This document shows positions 1 to 16,374 of a DNA stretch of 64,000 nucleotides, one piece after another. The notes beneath the pieces were generated by a model. The model had not been told where the DNA came from, did not search any database, and worked only from the letters and a program-made list of their open reading frames with translations. A program made the position numbers and the translations under genes. This DNA comes from Piromyces finnis finn (Eukaryota; Fungi; Neocallimastigomycota), in the NCBI GenBank assembly GCA_002104945.1, contig MCFH01000017.1, positions 124,001 through 188,000 on the forward strand. The letters run 5' to 3'. Position 1 is the stretch's first letter. Each line of letters starts with the position of its first letter.

Positions 1-170
1 AGAGGGACATTTATTATATAATAATATAACTTTTATTATTAGTATTGTTATTATAGCTTACTACTTTTACATTTTATTTATGAAAAGTTTTATAGGATTA
101 AATGTCATTTTACATTTACTTTTATATATATCAACAAGTCACTTTTTTTCTATTCCTACAAGTCCTATCC

Positions 171-204
171 AATACGTAAATACGTAGATACGTAAATACG
201 ATAC
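171..204. repeat. Short 8-bp tandem repeat (ATACGTAA/ATACGTAG), about 4 copies
   Basis: Sequence aatacgtaaatacgtagatacgtaaatacgatac is read directly. Confidence 0.8.
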
Positions 205-1885
205 ATTTTTCCTGTTCCCTTTTTTCCTTGTCAATACAATACAAATTTTTTATTCATAAAATTTAATTTATTTTTTAATATAAATATTAATAAAAAAAGT
301 TACTATTATCCATACCATTTTTATATTTAATTTTTAATTTAAATTTAATATAAACTTTTTTTAACATCATCATCCACAATTTCAAATTTTTCAAATTTTT
401 TATATAAAAATAGTCATGGTTTGTAACGTAACAAAAAAAAAATTTTTTTTTCTTTTTTGGTGAATAATAACCTTCCTAAATTGGATGTTTCTTTTTGGTA
501 ATATGACCTTGAAATAAATTAACCAATTTTGATGACTTTATGACCTATTCAAATCTAATAAAATAATACTAATTTAATAGGAATATGAAATCTATAGAAT
601 ATATTAATGATGCTTATCAGTGGTGGATAAATAGTAAAAAAAAGAGAGAAAAGATTATTATAGAATATTAAGTAAACCCTAAATGATAATGTAATTATTA
701 TTGTTATATTGATGTTGATATTAAAAAAAAAAAAAAATCCTATAGGAAAATAGAAAAAGAATGAATCAATACATTAGGTCTACGTCATTTAGCCAAATTT
801 TAATTATAAAAATAGATAGTTATTAAATAGTAGTGGATGACTATAGGCAATTTAAAAAGTATTAATACTAATGATAACCGCCGGAAACACTCCTAACACA
901 ATGATGATAATAATTGTAGTAATATAATAAAGTAGGAATAAAAGATTTCTTTATTTAAAAATATAACATTAGAAATAAAGAATCACGGAATATTTTTTTG
1001 TTTTATTTTTTATTTTATTTTCCTTTTAAAATACCTTTTTTTTTTTTAAAAAAAAAACAAATTCAAATTTCCCTTTTTTTCATTTTTTATTTCCCATTCA
1101 AAAAAAAAAATTCCTTTGACATTTATTTACCAAAAAAGGAATTTGTCTAATAAAGAATTAAATACAATTATTTTCCTTTTTTGGAAAATTATTTAAGATG
1201 AATAATAAATAAAGTTTATCATTAAATTAAAAATAAATTGACACTTATTATTATTATGGATTTTATTATTTAATTATTTAGTATTCATTTTTTTTAATTT
1301 ATTTATAATATAATTATTATCTATTCATTGTTCTATTTTAATCTTAAAAAAAAATGTTTTGATTATTATTTTTATTGGTCTCCCTTTTTAATAGAAAAAT
1401 TTAATTTATTTTAAATTAAAAAATACACTTTTGAATAGATTAAAATTTTAAATTAAATTTTTAATAGATTAAAAATTAATTATTTATTTATATAGATTAA
1501 AATTTTAATAAAAAAAAAAAAGAGTCAAAACATAAATTAAAATTCTTTTTTTTTTATTATAATGTAATATTAAATAAATTAGAATTTAATGTTTCACCTT
1601 TTAAATTAAAATTAATAATAATAATAATAATAGTAAAAATAAGAAGAAGAAGAAGAATAATAAAAGGAAAGAAAAAAGTACAAATCTTTATATTCTCCTA
1701 AATTGAAAGTGGTAAGTTTTTAATTTATTATCTATTGACTATTTTAGTATGGATTAAAGTTTAAAAAAAAATGGGTAAAAAATAGAATAAATAATAATAA
1801 TAATAATAATTATTATTATTATTATAATAATCAAAGGTGAATGAATAAATAAAGACATTTATTAAAAGACTTTTTATTAATAATA

Positions 1886-2011
1886 AATGACGCTTTGATA
1901 GTCTTTAGAATATATTATCAGGAATGATGCTTTGATAGTCTTTAGAATATATTATCAGGAATGACGCTTTGATAGTCTTTAGAATATATTATCAGGAATG
2001 ACGCTTTGATA
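1886..2011. repeat. 37-bp minisatellite, 3 full copies plus a 15-bp partial copy
   Basis: Unit aatgacgctttgatagtctttagaatatattatcagg at 1886, 1923 (one C>T), 1960 and partially at 1997. Units are head-to-tail with no spacers. Confidence 0.95.
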
Positions 2012-4445
2012 AATAAAATACTTTTATTCTTTATAATTTTTATGCTAGCTAATGCTAGTGGTGTAATATTCTATTATCATCAATCCATCTACTACCATAC
2101 AACATACGACCTACCTACCTACCTACATAATAATAATTATGTAACAATTAAAAAAAAAAAAAGAATAATATTAAAGTTTTATAATACGAATATTAAAATT
2201 AATTAATAATTAAAAAAAAATGATAATAATTGTATTTATTTCATTTATTTCCAATATATTTTCAAAAGGAGAATACTATTATTTAAATTTTATTAATAAA
2301 TAATGAAATAATAAATAAAGAAAAAGACAATAAATATTTAATTCAAAAACTAATATTCTTAAAACAAATAAATATTAGGTTGGACCATTTTTTTAAAAAA
2401 TAGAAAAGGTGAGATTATTTATTATTTATTCATTTATTTATTTAATTTTTTTACCCTCTTTTTTTTTTGCCCAATTTATATTTACAATAAACAAATTAAT
2501 TTTAAAAAAATTGTCTTTTTTTTTAAAAAATAATAATAAACTATGGATGATGTTTCTTTTTTTTTTTTTTTTTAAATAAATAAATAAATAAAAAAGTACT
2601 CTAGGTAATTTATTTATTTTTTTTTTTAAATGGTGAATAGTTTTCTTTATTTGGAAAAAAAAAAGAAATTTATTAAAAATATTAATAAATAAAGTTTAAA
2701 TTGACGGACCTTTTCTTTAATTTTTGGCTAAATAGTATAAATTATAATTTATATTAAATAATATAAAAAATATAAAAAAACAATATTCTATCCCTAAAAA
2801 ACGGAAAATATTAAAAGTTTATTTTCTATTATTTTTTAAAAATATGGAAAGAAAGGTTACTTAATCTTATATATTTTTAATTTATCTCATTAAACTTTAA
2901 AAAAAATTTTTTTTTCAAGTAAAAAGGAACAAATCATTCAAAAGATGTATTTATAAAAAATGGGAACCGGAAAATTACGAATAGATTAAAATTTCAATTT
3001 CTAGTTTTTTAATTTGTTATCCTCCTCCATCATTTTATAATAAAAATAGTTTGGGTGGTGTGGAAGGTGTAGAATGTATGGTGTTTGTGTGTATATGGTG
3101 TATATAATTTATACAGTGTGATGTGTGTGTGTGTGTAAATAAAAATAAAATTTAATAAATAAGGATTATGTGAAAATAGGTTTTTTTTTTTTTTTTAAAA
3201 AAATGATTATAATAAATAATATATATTTGTAGTAGGTGGTAATCTTTTAATTTAATTAAATGATAAATATTACATTGTGGATGCTTATTTATTTCATTAA
3301 TTGTCTTACCATTCAAAAGCTATACTAATATTAAAGATTAATACTACTAGATTACTAATAATTAAATAATATAATAGGGAAAAAAAAAGAATAATAAATT
3401 TATATTATTTACTTTTTTATCAATAGTAAAAAAAAAAAATATTCTATCGTATGGATAATGCTTTTATTTCATTATCAGTGCCCTTATTTTTTGTGGTGGT
3501 GGTGGTGGTGGTGATGGTGAATAAAATGGAATAAAATTGTTTTATGTAAAAAAAAAAGAGAATAATATTAAAAAGAAAATATAAATTTTAAATAGAATAA
3601 AATAAAATCAAATATATAGGATATATATATTATTATTCTATTCATCTTACCATTTTTAAATGATAACAATAATAAAATTGGCTATTTTTTTGGTGTTATT
3701 GAAACCTTATTTTTATATATAAAAAATGTTTTAAAATTTTTGATTTTAATTATTCATTAAAATTAATTTATTTGTATATATTAACCGCATATATTAATAA
3801 ATTAATTTTTATATATAAATATAATTATTTTATATTGAATTTATTATTATGAATACTTTTAATGAATATCACCAACGACAAAAAAAAAGCATGCCTTTTT
3901 AAAAGTTTAATTATTATTAAAATCAATATTTTATTGAAAGGATTAAATTGTATTATATATTAATAAATTAAATTATATATAATAAATAAATTATAAATAA
4001 ATTATAAATAAATAGTATAATAAATGAATAAATAAATGAATAATATATAAAAAATAATCAAAGTATTATATATAATACTATAGACGATATCATAGTATAT
4101 CATAATATATAATAATATTTTATAGTATATAATATTATTATATATTGTTTAATACTATTTATTTATTAATTAATAAAGTTTATTTATTATTATTTACTTT
4201 AAATGAAGGTTTTAATATAAATTAAGATTTAATATACAAAAAAAATTAATTAATTAAAAAAAAAAAAAGATATAAATAATAATGAAATTCATTTTTTACA
4301 ATTTTTATTTCAATTTAAAAAAAAAAAATTTTTTATTATTTAAACTTTAATTGTGTATATATAGATGACATTTGAATGTCTTTTTTTAATTGTTAAATAA
4401 ATTTGTAATAAAAGTTAAAAAATTGTGAATAGTTTATTTTATATA

Positions 4446-4608
4446 GTTGCAATAGCAATAGCAATATAGTAGCAATAGTCAAAGTAATAGTGATAGTAAT
4501 AGTAGCAATAGTAGCAATAGTAATAGTAGTAATAGCAATAGTAATAGTAGTAATAGCAATAGTAATAGCAATAGCAATAGTAGTAGTAACAATAGCAATA
4601 GTAGTAAT
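4446..4608. repeat. Degenerate (GTAATA/GCAATA/GTA)n simple repeat upstream of the first gene
   Basis: Run of tagcaa/tagtaa/tagtag units; it generates the low-complexity ORFs 4439..4783 and 4490..4681. Confidence 0.9.
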
Positions 4609-4858
4609 TAAACTCTTTTTTTTTTTTAATCATAATGAAAATAGTCGCTATAGATATAAAATTAATATAATTTTTATTTAATTTATACGTATAACGTATA
4701 GTATATATTATTATAAAAAGAAAATTATCAATAGAAACAATTTTATTATTATTAAAATTGACCTCTTCTCTACCCACCCACATATTTGCTTTTTTGGATG
4801 GATATATAATTATATAATTGTAAAAAATTAAATTAAATTAAAATAAAATAAAATAAAA

Positions 4859-6899
4859 ATGCAAGAAAATACCCTTTTTGAGAATCCTCTTAGTATGTAT
4901 CTAACAAAACAAAAAAAGTTCAAGACCTTGGTGAAAAGTGTTCAAAATTCTTTAAAATCAAAAGAATACAAACAGCAGGGTTACTCCTTTGATGAATATA
5001 TAAAAAATCAATGGAATATATCTAAAGCTCAAGCTTATCGTTACTTGATATCGGCCAAGGTAATAGACCAACTAGAAGAATTTGATATTCAACCCTGTAA
5101 GTTTTTTTTTTTTTTTTTTCTTTTTTATTTTTATAATAAATAGGAAATAGGAATTTATTTATATATACATCTGTCATTATAATAAAAAAAATTGATAATT
5201 AATATAAAATATTTTTCTCTTTAAACATTCCATTTCTCTATATATACCCTCTGACTTACACTACTAACTGATTTACACTACTAACTGATTTACACTACTA
5301 TCTGATTTACACTACTATCTGATTTACACTACTATCTGACTTACACTACTATCTGACTTATACTACTAACTGATTTACTTTACTATCTGATTTACTATAC
5401 CTTTTTTTTTTTTAGCTTATGAACGTTTATGTAGATCATTGTATAATTATGCTAAAACTCCTCAACAAATGAAACTTTTATGGGGAACAATTCTTAAAAG
5501 AGCTAGAAGTAGACCAGATTGTATTAATAGTTCTCATGTCACTAAAATATGGAAAGAATTATACATGGATGAAAAATACTCTCATATTTGTAATTATGAA
5601 AAGAGTATTATGGACAAGGTGGAAAGATCATTAAATCGTTACTCTAAAAATATAAAGTTAAAACAAATGAATTCTTATGGTATGGCAACAACACCAGATT
5701 ATGGTCATACCACCACCACCACCACTTATTTTAATACACCTAATAGTAATGCTTCCAGTCCTGCACTTCATGGTTCCAATTCACAATACAGTCCTTTAAT
5801 GAAAGAAAATCAATTACATATTATTACCTTGAATAATAATTTAAATCATCATGGTAGTATCATTACTAATTATACCACTCCTCCTCCTCTTTCTTCGACT
5901 TCCACTTCTACAACCTATCCTGAAACTTTTAATGAATCCTCCTCCTCTTCCTCTCAATATTTTAATTCACATACTAATGCTCAAGTATCCAATATTCCTT
6001 CACCAATTATTGCTGTTCCGGTAGATCAATATGGAAATAAAATAACTTTTGGTAATACCATCAATACACCTTTATCACCTGTAAGTAATTATAGTCCCGT
6101 TTCTTATGATGAAAATAATAAATTAAATTCGGTGACAACCAATTATACTCCATCAAACTTTCAAACAGCAACGGCGACAACAACGGCAACAACGACAACA
6201 ACAATAATTTATCAAGATCAAAATACTACCACTACCACTTCTATTCCACCACAAATCCCACCACAGGTTCAACCATTAACTCAACCTCAAAATCAATATT
6301 CCTATTCTTCACTTCCTCCTCCTACCACTCAATCATCCAATTCTTATTCATATCAACAACAACAACCAACCAATTCTTCTGTTCAAATTCAATACAATGT
6401 TCCTCAAGGTCAAGCAACTGCTAATAATGAAACCATTCTATCCATGAATCCTTTAAATTATTCAACATCTTCTTCTAATGTTAATACGATTCCATATCAA
6501 CCACCACCACCACCACCATCACAACCTTCCATTAATTATTCCTATTCTCAACCTCAACAAACCATAGTAAATTATCAATCCCCATCCCCACCTCAAGTAA
6601 TACAACACATTGCACAAGTACCACAACAAGTACCATCTCAAGCCATACCACAAGTCATACCATCTCAACAGATACCACCACAACAATCCATAACACAACA
6701 ACCCATACCACAAGTCATACCATCTCAACAGATACCACCACAACAATCTATAACACAACAGCCCATACCACAAGCCATGCCACAACCCATACCATCTCAA
6801 CAGATACTACCACAACAATCTATGCCACAACAAATACAACAACAACAACAACAATCAATACCTCAACAAGCATCACAACAAACAATTGTATACTATTGA
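4859..6899 (+). CDS. Putative DNA-binding regulator (~573 aa): N-terminal HTH-like domain plus a long S/T/P/Q-rich low-complexity tail; 2 exons
   Basis: Exons 4859-5096 and 5416-6899; intron GTAAGT...TTTAG is phase-consistent (QP-S-YERLCRSLYNYAK). The N-terminal motif SFDEYIKNQWNISKAQAYRYLISAKVIDQL looks like an HTH, and the C-terminus resembles an activation domain. The function is inferred. Confidence 0.8.
5251..5400. repeat. 17-bp minisatellite (ctgatttacactacta[a/t]), about 8.8 copies, inside intron 1 of the first gene
   Basis: Units start at 5251, 5268, 5285, 5302, 5319, 5336, 5353, 5370 and 5387 and end at the T-tract/AG acceptor (5414-5415). Confidence 0.95.
6644..6830 (+). repeat. 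Coding 60-bp tandem repeat (20-aa unit QVIPSQQIPPQQSITQQPIP), two near-perfect copies plus a degenerate third
   Basis: Visible in both the DNA and the translation of ORF 5439..6899. Confidence 0.9.
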
Positions 6900-8339
6900 T
6901 TTTCAGAATAATAATTATTACTAATGATTCTATGACTAATGGTCATGACTCTCCTTTTTTTTTAAAAGCATTAAGATTTAATATATATATATTTATATAT
7001 AAATATATAATTAAATGAAAAAAAAAAAAAGTAAAAAAAAAAAAAAAAAAAAACGTAACAATGATAAAAAGGATAATAAAAATAATTTTTTTTTTTATTT
7101 ACTTTTTTTTTTTTTAATTTCTTGATTTTATATACTCTTCTTTTATATATAAATTAAATTGTATATAGAATTCACTATACTTATTAATATAAATAGAAAA
7201 AAAAAAAGATGAATTAAATAATAATTTTTTCATAATAATAATTATCTTTTTTTTTTTTAAAAAAAATATACAACCTATTCTTATTATAAATCATCAAATC
7301 AAATCAAAAAAAAAAAAAAAAGAAAAAACTACCTTTTCTCTATTAACTATAGTTGATAGAAAATAAGTAAATATTCATCATATATTAGTTTATCTTTTTA
7401 TATATTTTCTTTTTTATACATGACTTTTACTTTTTTGAATGTAATTAAACTAATTTTTTTTATCCAACTATTTATTAATACCAATAAATAATAAAAGATA
7501 TATTTTTTAAAATAAATAGTTTTTATTTTTATAAATTAAAATTATACCCTTTTTAATTAATGAAATTTAACCCTAACTCCTCATGTACTAATTTTTAATA
7601 ATAGTAGGATGAAGTTAATATCCTACGATACTAGTATACAAAGTATACTATGACTAATAATAAAATAAATGCTGTTAAACCCTTTATTTCTAATTAAATT
7701 CCATTAATTCTTTTTTTTTTTTTTTTTTATCTACCTATCTATTCAAAAATAAAAACCTTTTAAAAAAGCGCACACTTTTTTTTTTTTTTAATTTATTTTA
7801 TTAAATCATTTGATTTTAAATTTAAAAAAGTTTATTTCATATAAAAATTGAATTTTTATAATAATTAAACTTTTTGATTTCCCAATTTTCCATTGTTTCA
7901 AATTAAAAATTAAAAAGAAATTTTTTTAATTTAATTTTATTTTCCTTTTAAGGATTTTTAAGGATGGATCAAAAAAATAAGACTAAAATAAATTAATGAA
8001 TAAAAAATTAATAAAATAAATAAATCTATTTCTCTATAATTAAATGAATGAAAATATTATTAATTAAATAAATAGAAAGGTGAGTTGGCTATGTTTTATG
8101 GTGCGATATACTACGATGGAACCATTAGAAATAAAATCTTGTTGTATTCCTATACATTTCCTAGTGTTGAACTATTTTTTATTTATTTATTAAGATAGTT
8201 TATAATTTTATTAAAAATAGGTTGTTGCTATTGTTATCCAAAGGATACTTTTTTTAATATTTCTTCATAGCCCAAAATCTTTCATTTTTTTTATAATAAT
8301 AATAATATTAATAAAAAAAAAAAAGGGCGATTATACTCT

Positions 8340-8592
<253 letters not shown>

Positions 8593-8786
8593 TACTATTT
8601 AATAATTTAATACTATTAAATAATAATATTATTATATAATATTTAATATTATTTATATTTAATACTAATTTAATATTATTATTTATTTATATTTTAATAA
8701 TTTAATATTTTTTAAAGTATTAAATTAAATAGTATTAAATAGTATTATTTAGTAATTCCATGTATTATTATTATTATTATTCTCTC

Positions 8787-8818
<32 letters not shown>

Positions 8819-9639
8819 AATAATCTTTTTATTATTATAAAAAAAAAAAGGCATTTTTTGTTTATTATTATTATTCATTTATTTATCCATCACTCTTTTT
8901 TTTTTTTTTAAAAAAAAACTTGGTAAAAAAAAAAGAATTTCCTGGTAGACATTTTATTATTTTTTATTTTTATTAAATATTTATTTTTTAAATTATTATA
9001 AAAATATTAAAATAAATAATTATTATTTTTATTATTTTTTTATTTTTATTTTTACTCTTTATTGAATGCTTTCTTTTTTTTTAAATTTCACAAAATGAAA
9101 AAATAATAATATTTAATAATAATAATATTTAATAATAATAATATTTACTTCATTTCCTTTTTGTATTCATTAATAATAATATTATTATTATTTAATAATT
9201 ATTACTTTTATACTATTTAATAGTATTATATTAATAATATTATTAAGTCATCCTTTTTTTTTTTTCCTTTTTTATTAATAACAGAAATAATAGTAATTAC
9301 ATGAAAAAGAAAAAGAAAAAAAACTTTTTTTTTTTTACTACTTGGATATAATAATAATAATAATAATAATAAATATTAATAAACTATTAAAAGTATTTAA
9401 TAATATTGACTTTTTATTATTATTTTCTATTATTACTTGTCACTATCATTATTTATTATTATTACTTTTTTTTTTTAATATTTTAAATAATACTAAAAAT
9501 GTGTTACACCAAAAAAATTAATTTTTTGTGTACATTTCAGGAAAATATAATTATAATTTTGGGAGTGGTTGGTGGGTGAAAAAAAAATTGTTATTATTAA
9601 TAATTACTATTAATAATAATTAAAAGTCCTTTTTTTTAT

Positions 9640-9844
9640 TATTTAATATTATTTATTATTATTATTTAATATTATTTATTATTATTATTTAATATTATTT
9701 ATTATTATTATTTATTATTATTTAATATTATTATTTATTATTATTATTTATTATTATTTAATATTATTATTATTTAATATTATTATTTATTATTATTATT
9801 TATTATTATTTAATATTATTATTATTTAATATTATTTATTATTA

Positions 9845-9877
<33 letters not shown>

Positions 9878-9958
9878 TAATATTTAATATTATTATTATT
9901 TAATATTTAATATTATTATTATTTATTATTATTATTATTATTATTTATTATTATTATT
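9640..9958. repeat. Degenerate (TTA)n / attattatttaat repeat tract
   Basis: About 320 bp composed almost entirely of tta triplets interrupted by ttta/ttaat. Confidence 0.9.
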
Positions 9959-11019
9959 AGGTATAAAATAGTTATTTCATTGTAAAGAAGATGGAATTAC
10001 AGTTTTGTGTAAAGATGCTTTGGAACAATAGTAATAACTTTGAAAAATAAAATAAAATAAAATATATTAATAGTATTTTTTAATACTTACCACCTTTGGA
10101 TACTATTAACCTTTATTAAAAAATACTATTAATATATTTTATTTTATTTTATTTTATTTTATTTATCATATTAAATAATACTATTAACATATTTTATTTT
10201 TATTTTATTTTCATCCATAGGTGGTAGTATTATAACTAGAAAAAAAAAAAAAATAGCCAAATTCTCCTAAATTAATTATTTTATAATGGAATGACTATAG
10301 AAAAGACAAAAAAAAAAAAAAAAAACTAAATTTAATATTTTTTATTTTAGAAAAAAAGTGAGAATGTGTTCCTAAAATAAAGAAATAATAATAATTATTA
10401 AAAAAAATAAAAAGTTTTAATATTAATATAAACCTTGTTACTATGAATCATTACTATATTATAATATATAATATATATATTATTATTGTTTGATACTCTT
10501 TTTATTATTTAATATATTAGCATTTTTAATAGCATTTCCTATCATCATACTACTTTTATACTTTTTATTTCATACAATTTTTAATACATTTTTAATACCT
10601 TTTTAAAATACTTTTATACGTAATATTTTACTCTTTTAATACCTTTTTTTTTTTTTTAATATTCTTACAACTCTATATTTTTTTAATACAATTTGATGTA
10701 ATAAAAATCAAAAGAAAAAATCAAAAGAATTAAAGTTCGTCATTAAGTTCAACATAAATTCTAATTTTAGTTTTTTCTTTATATATCAAAATTCATTAAA
10801 TTATAAAAAGTTATTATTAGAAAAAATAAAAAAAACTAAAATAAAATTCAAAAAAAAACCTTTTTTTTTTTTTTTTTTTTTTTTTTCAATTATTTTATTG
10901 TAATTTATATTTTATTATAATTTATTTTATTGTAATTTATATTTTATTCATAAACACTAGTGAAATAATTTTCTATTCTTTTCTTTTTTTTTTTTTTTTT
11001 TAAAAAAAAAAGTAATATC

Positions 11020-15428
<4,409 letters not shown>

Positions 15429-15754
15429 GAAATTACCCATTTTCATTAAAGAGTGAGAAAAAAAAAAAAAAAAAAAAAAAAAAATAGGATAAAACCATTA
15501 ATAATTAAAAAAAAAAAAAAAAAATAATAATAATAATAATAATAATTATTATTATTATTATTATTATTATATTTTTTTTATATTTTCCTTTTTTTTTTTT
15601 ATATCTTTTTTTTATATATTTTCCTTTTATATTTTTCTTTCTTTTCTTTTTTTAAAATTTCTATTATTTTTAATGCTAAATTATAAATTTTTTGTTATCT
15701 TTTTTTTTTTATTCTTATTATAAAAACTATAAAAATATAAAATATAAAATAAAA

Positions 15755-15786
<32 letters not shown>

Positions 15787-15987
15787 ATAAAAATATGATT
15801 TATTTTTTTTTTTTATTTTTATTTTTATTTTTATTATTGTTGCTGTTTTATTTATTTATTTATTTTTTTTTTTTTTTTTTATAAATTATTTTAAAAGTTT
15901 GAAAATGTACAAAAAAAAATTTTTTTTTTTAAAGGATAAAACATAGAGATAAATTCTTTTTCTTTTCATTTTTTTTCCCTTTTATTA

Positions 15988-15993
<6 letters not shown>

Positions 15994-16077
<84 letters not shown>
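15994..16077. repeat. (TTA)n microsatellite between the convergent kinase and giant gene
   Basis: Perfect tta run of about 80 bp. Confidence 0.9.
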
Positions 16078-16374
16078 GAAATACTTTTTTATATTTTGGT
16101 AATAGAGTTTGATTTTTTTGATTGTTGTTTGTTGGGGATATTTTTTTTTTTTTTTTAGAATTTAATATTTAGATTTAGATCAAAGTAAAAGATTGTTTAG
16201 AGTAGGTGTAGAATAAGATTGTTATACCTGTGCTGCTGCTGCTGCTGTTGTTGTTGTTGTTGAAAGTGACGGTGGTAGTACTTTTGGGATAAAGGCTATT
16301 TATTTTACGGTTGGAAGGAATGGAATAGGGGTGGAAAAAAAAAAATTGGAAATCGGTGAAATCGAATAAAACTT

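Noticed and set aside
470-680. Slightly coding-like patch (short ORF MKSIEYINDAYQWWINSKKKREK...) that could be a decayed gene or TE fragment
   Set aside because: Multiple stops in all frames and no recognisable family motif.
1886-2011. Possible CRISPR array (37-bp repeats)
   Set aside because: Repeats are contiguous with no unique spacers, there are no cas genes, and the context is eukaryotic.
2006-2206. 66-aa ORF resembling a secreted peptide
   Set aside because: It starts at a TTG inside the repeat, has intergenic-like composition with poly-A, and no spliced structure is evident.
4439-4783. Overlapping Y/C-rich and I/V/A-rich ORFs
   Set aside because: They are translations of the simple hexamer repeat.
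8091-8192. 33-codon ORF (MFYGAIYYDGTIRNKILLYSYTFPSVELFLFIY) in a slightly GC-richer patch
   Set aside because: Too short, with no recognisable motif or splice partner; it cannot be supported without expression data.
16180-16374. GC-richer sequence with CAA/CAG repeats just past the giant gene's stop, possibly an extra coding exon
   Set aside because: No convincing donor/acceptor pair or long open frame; most likely 3' UTR.
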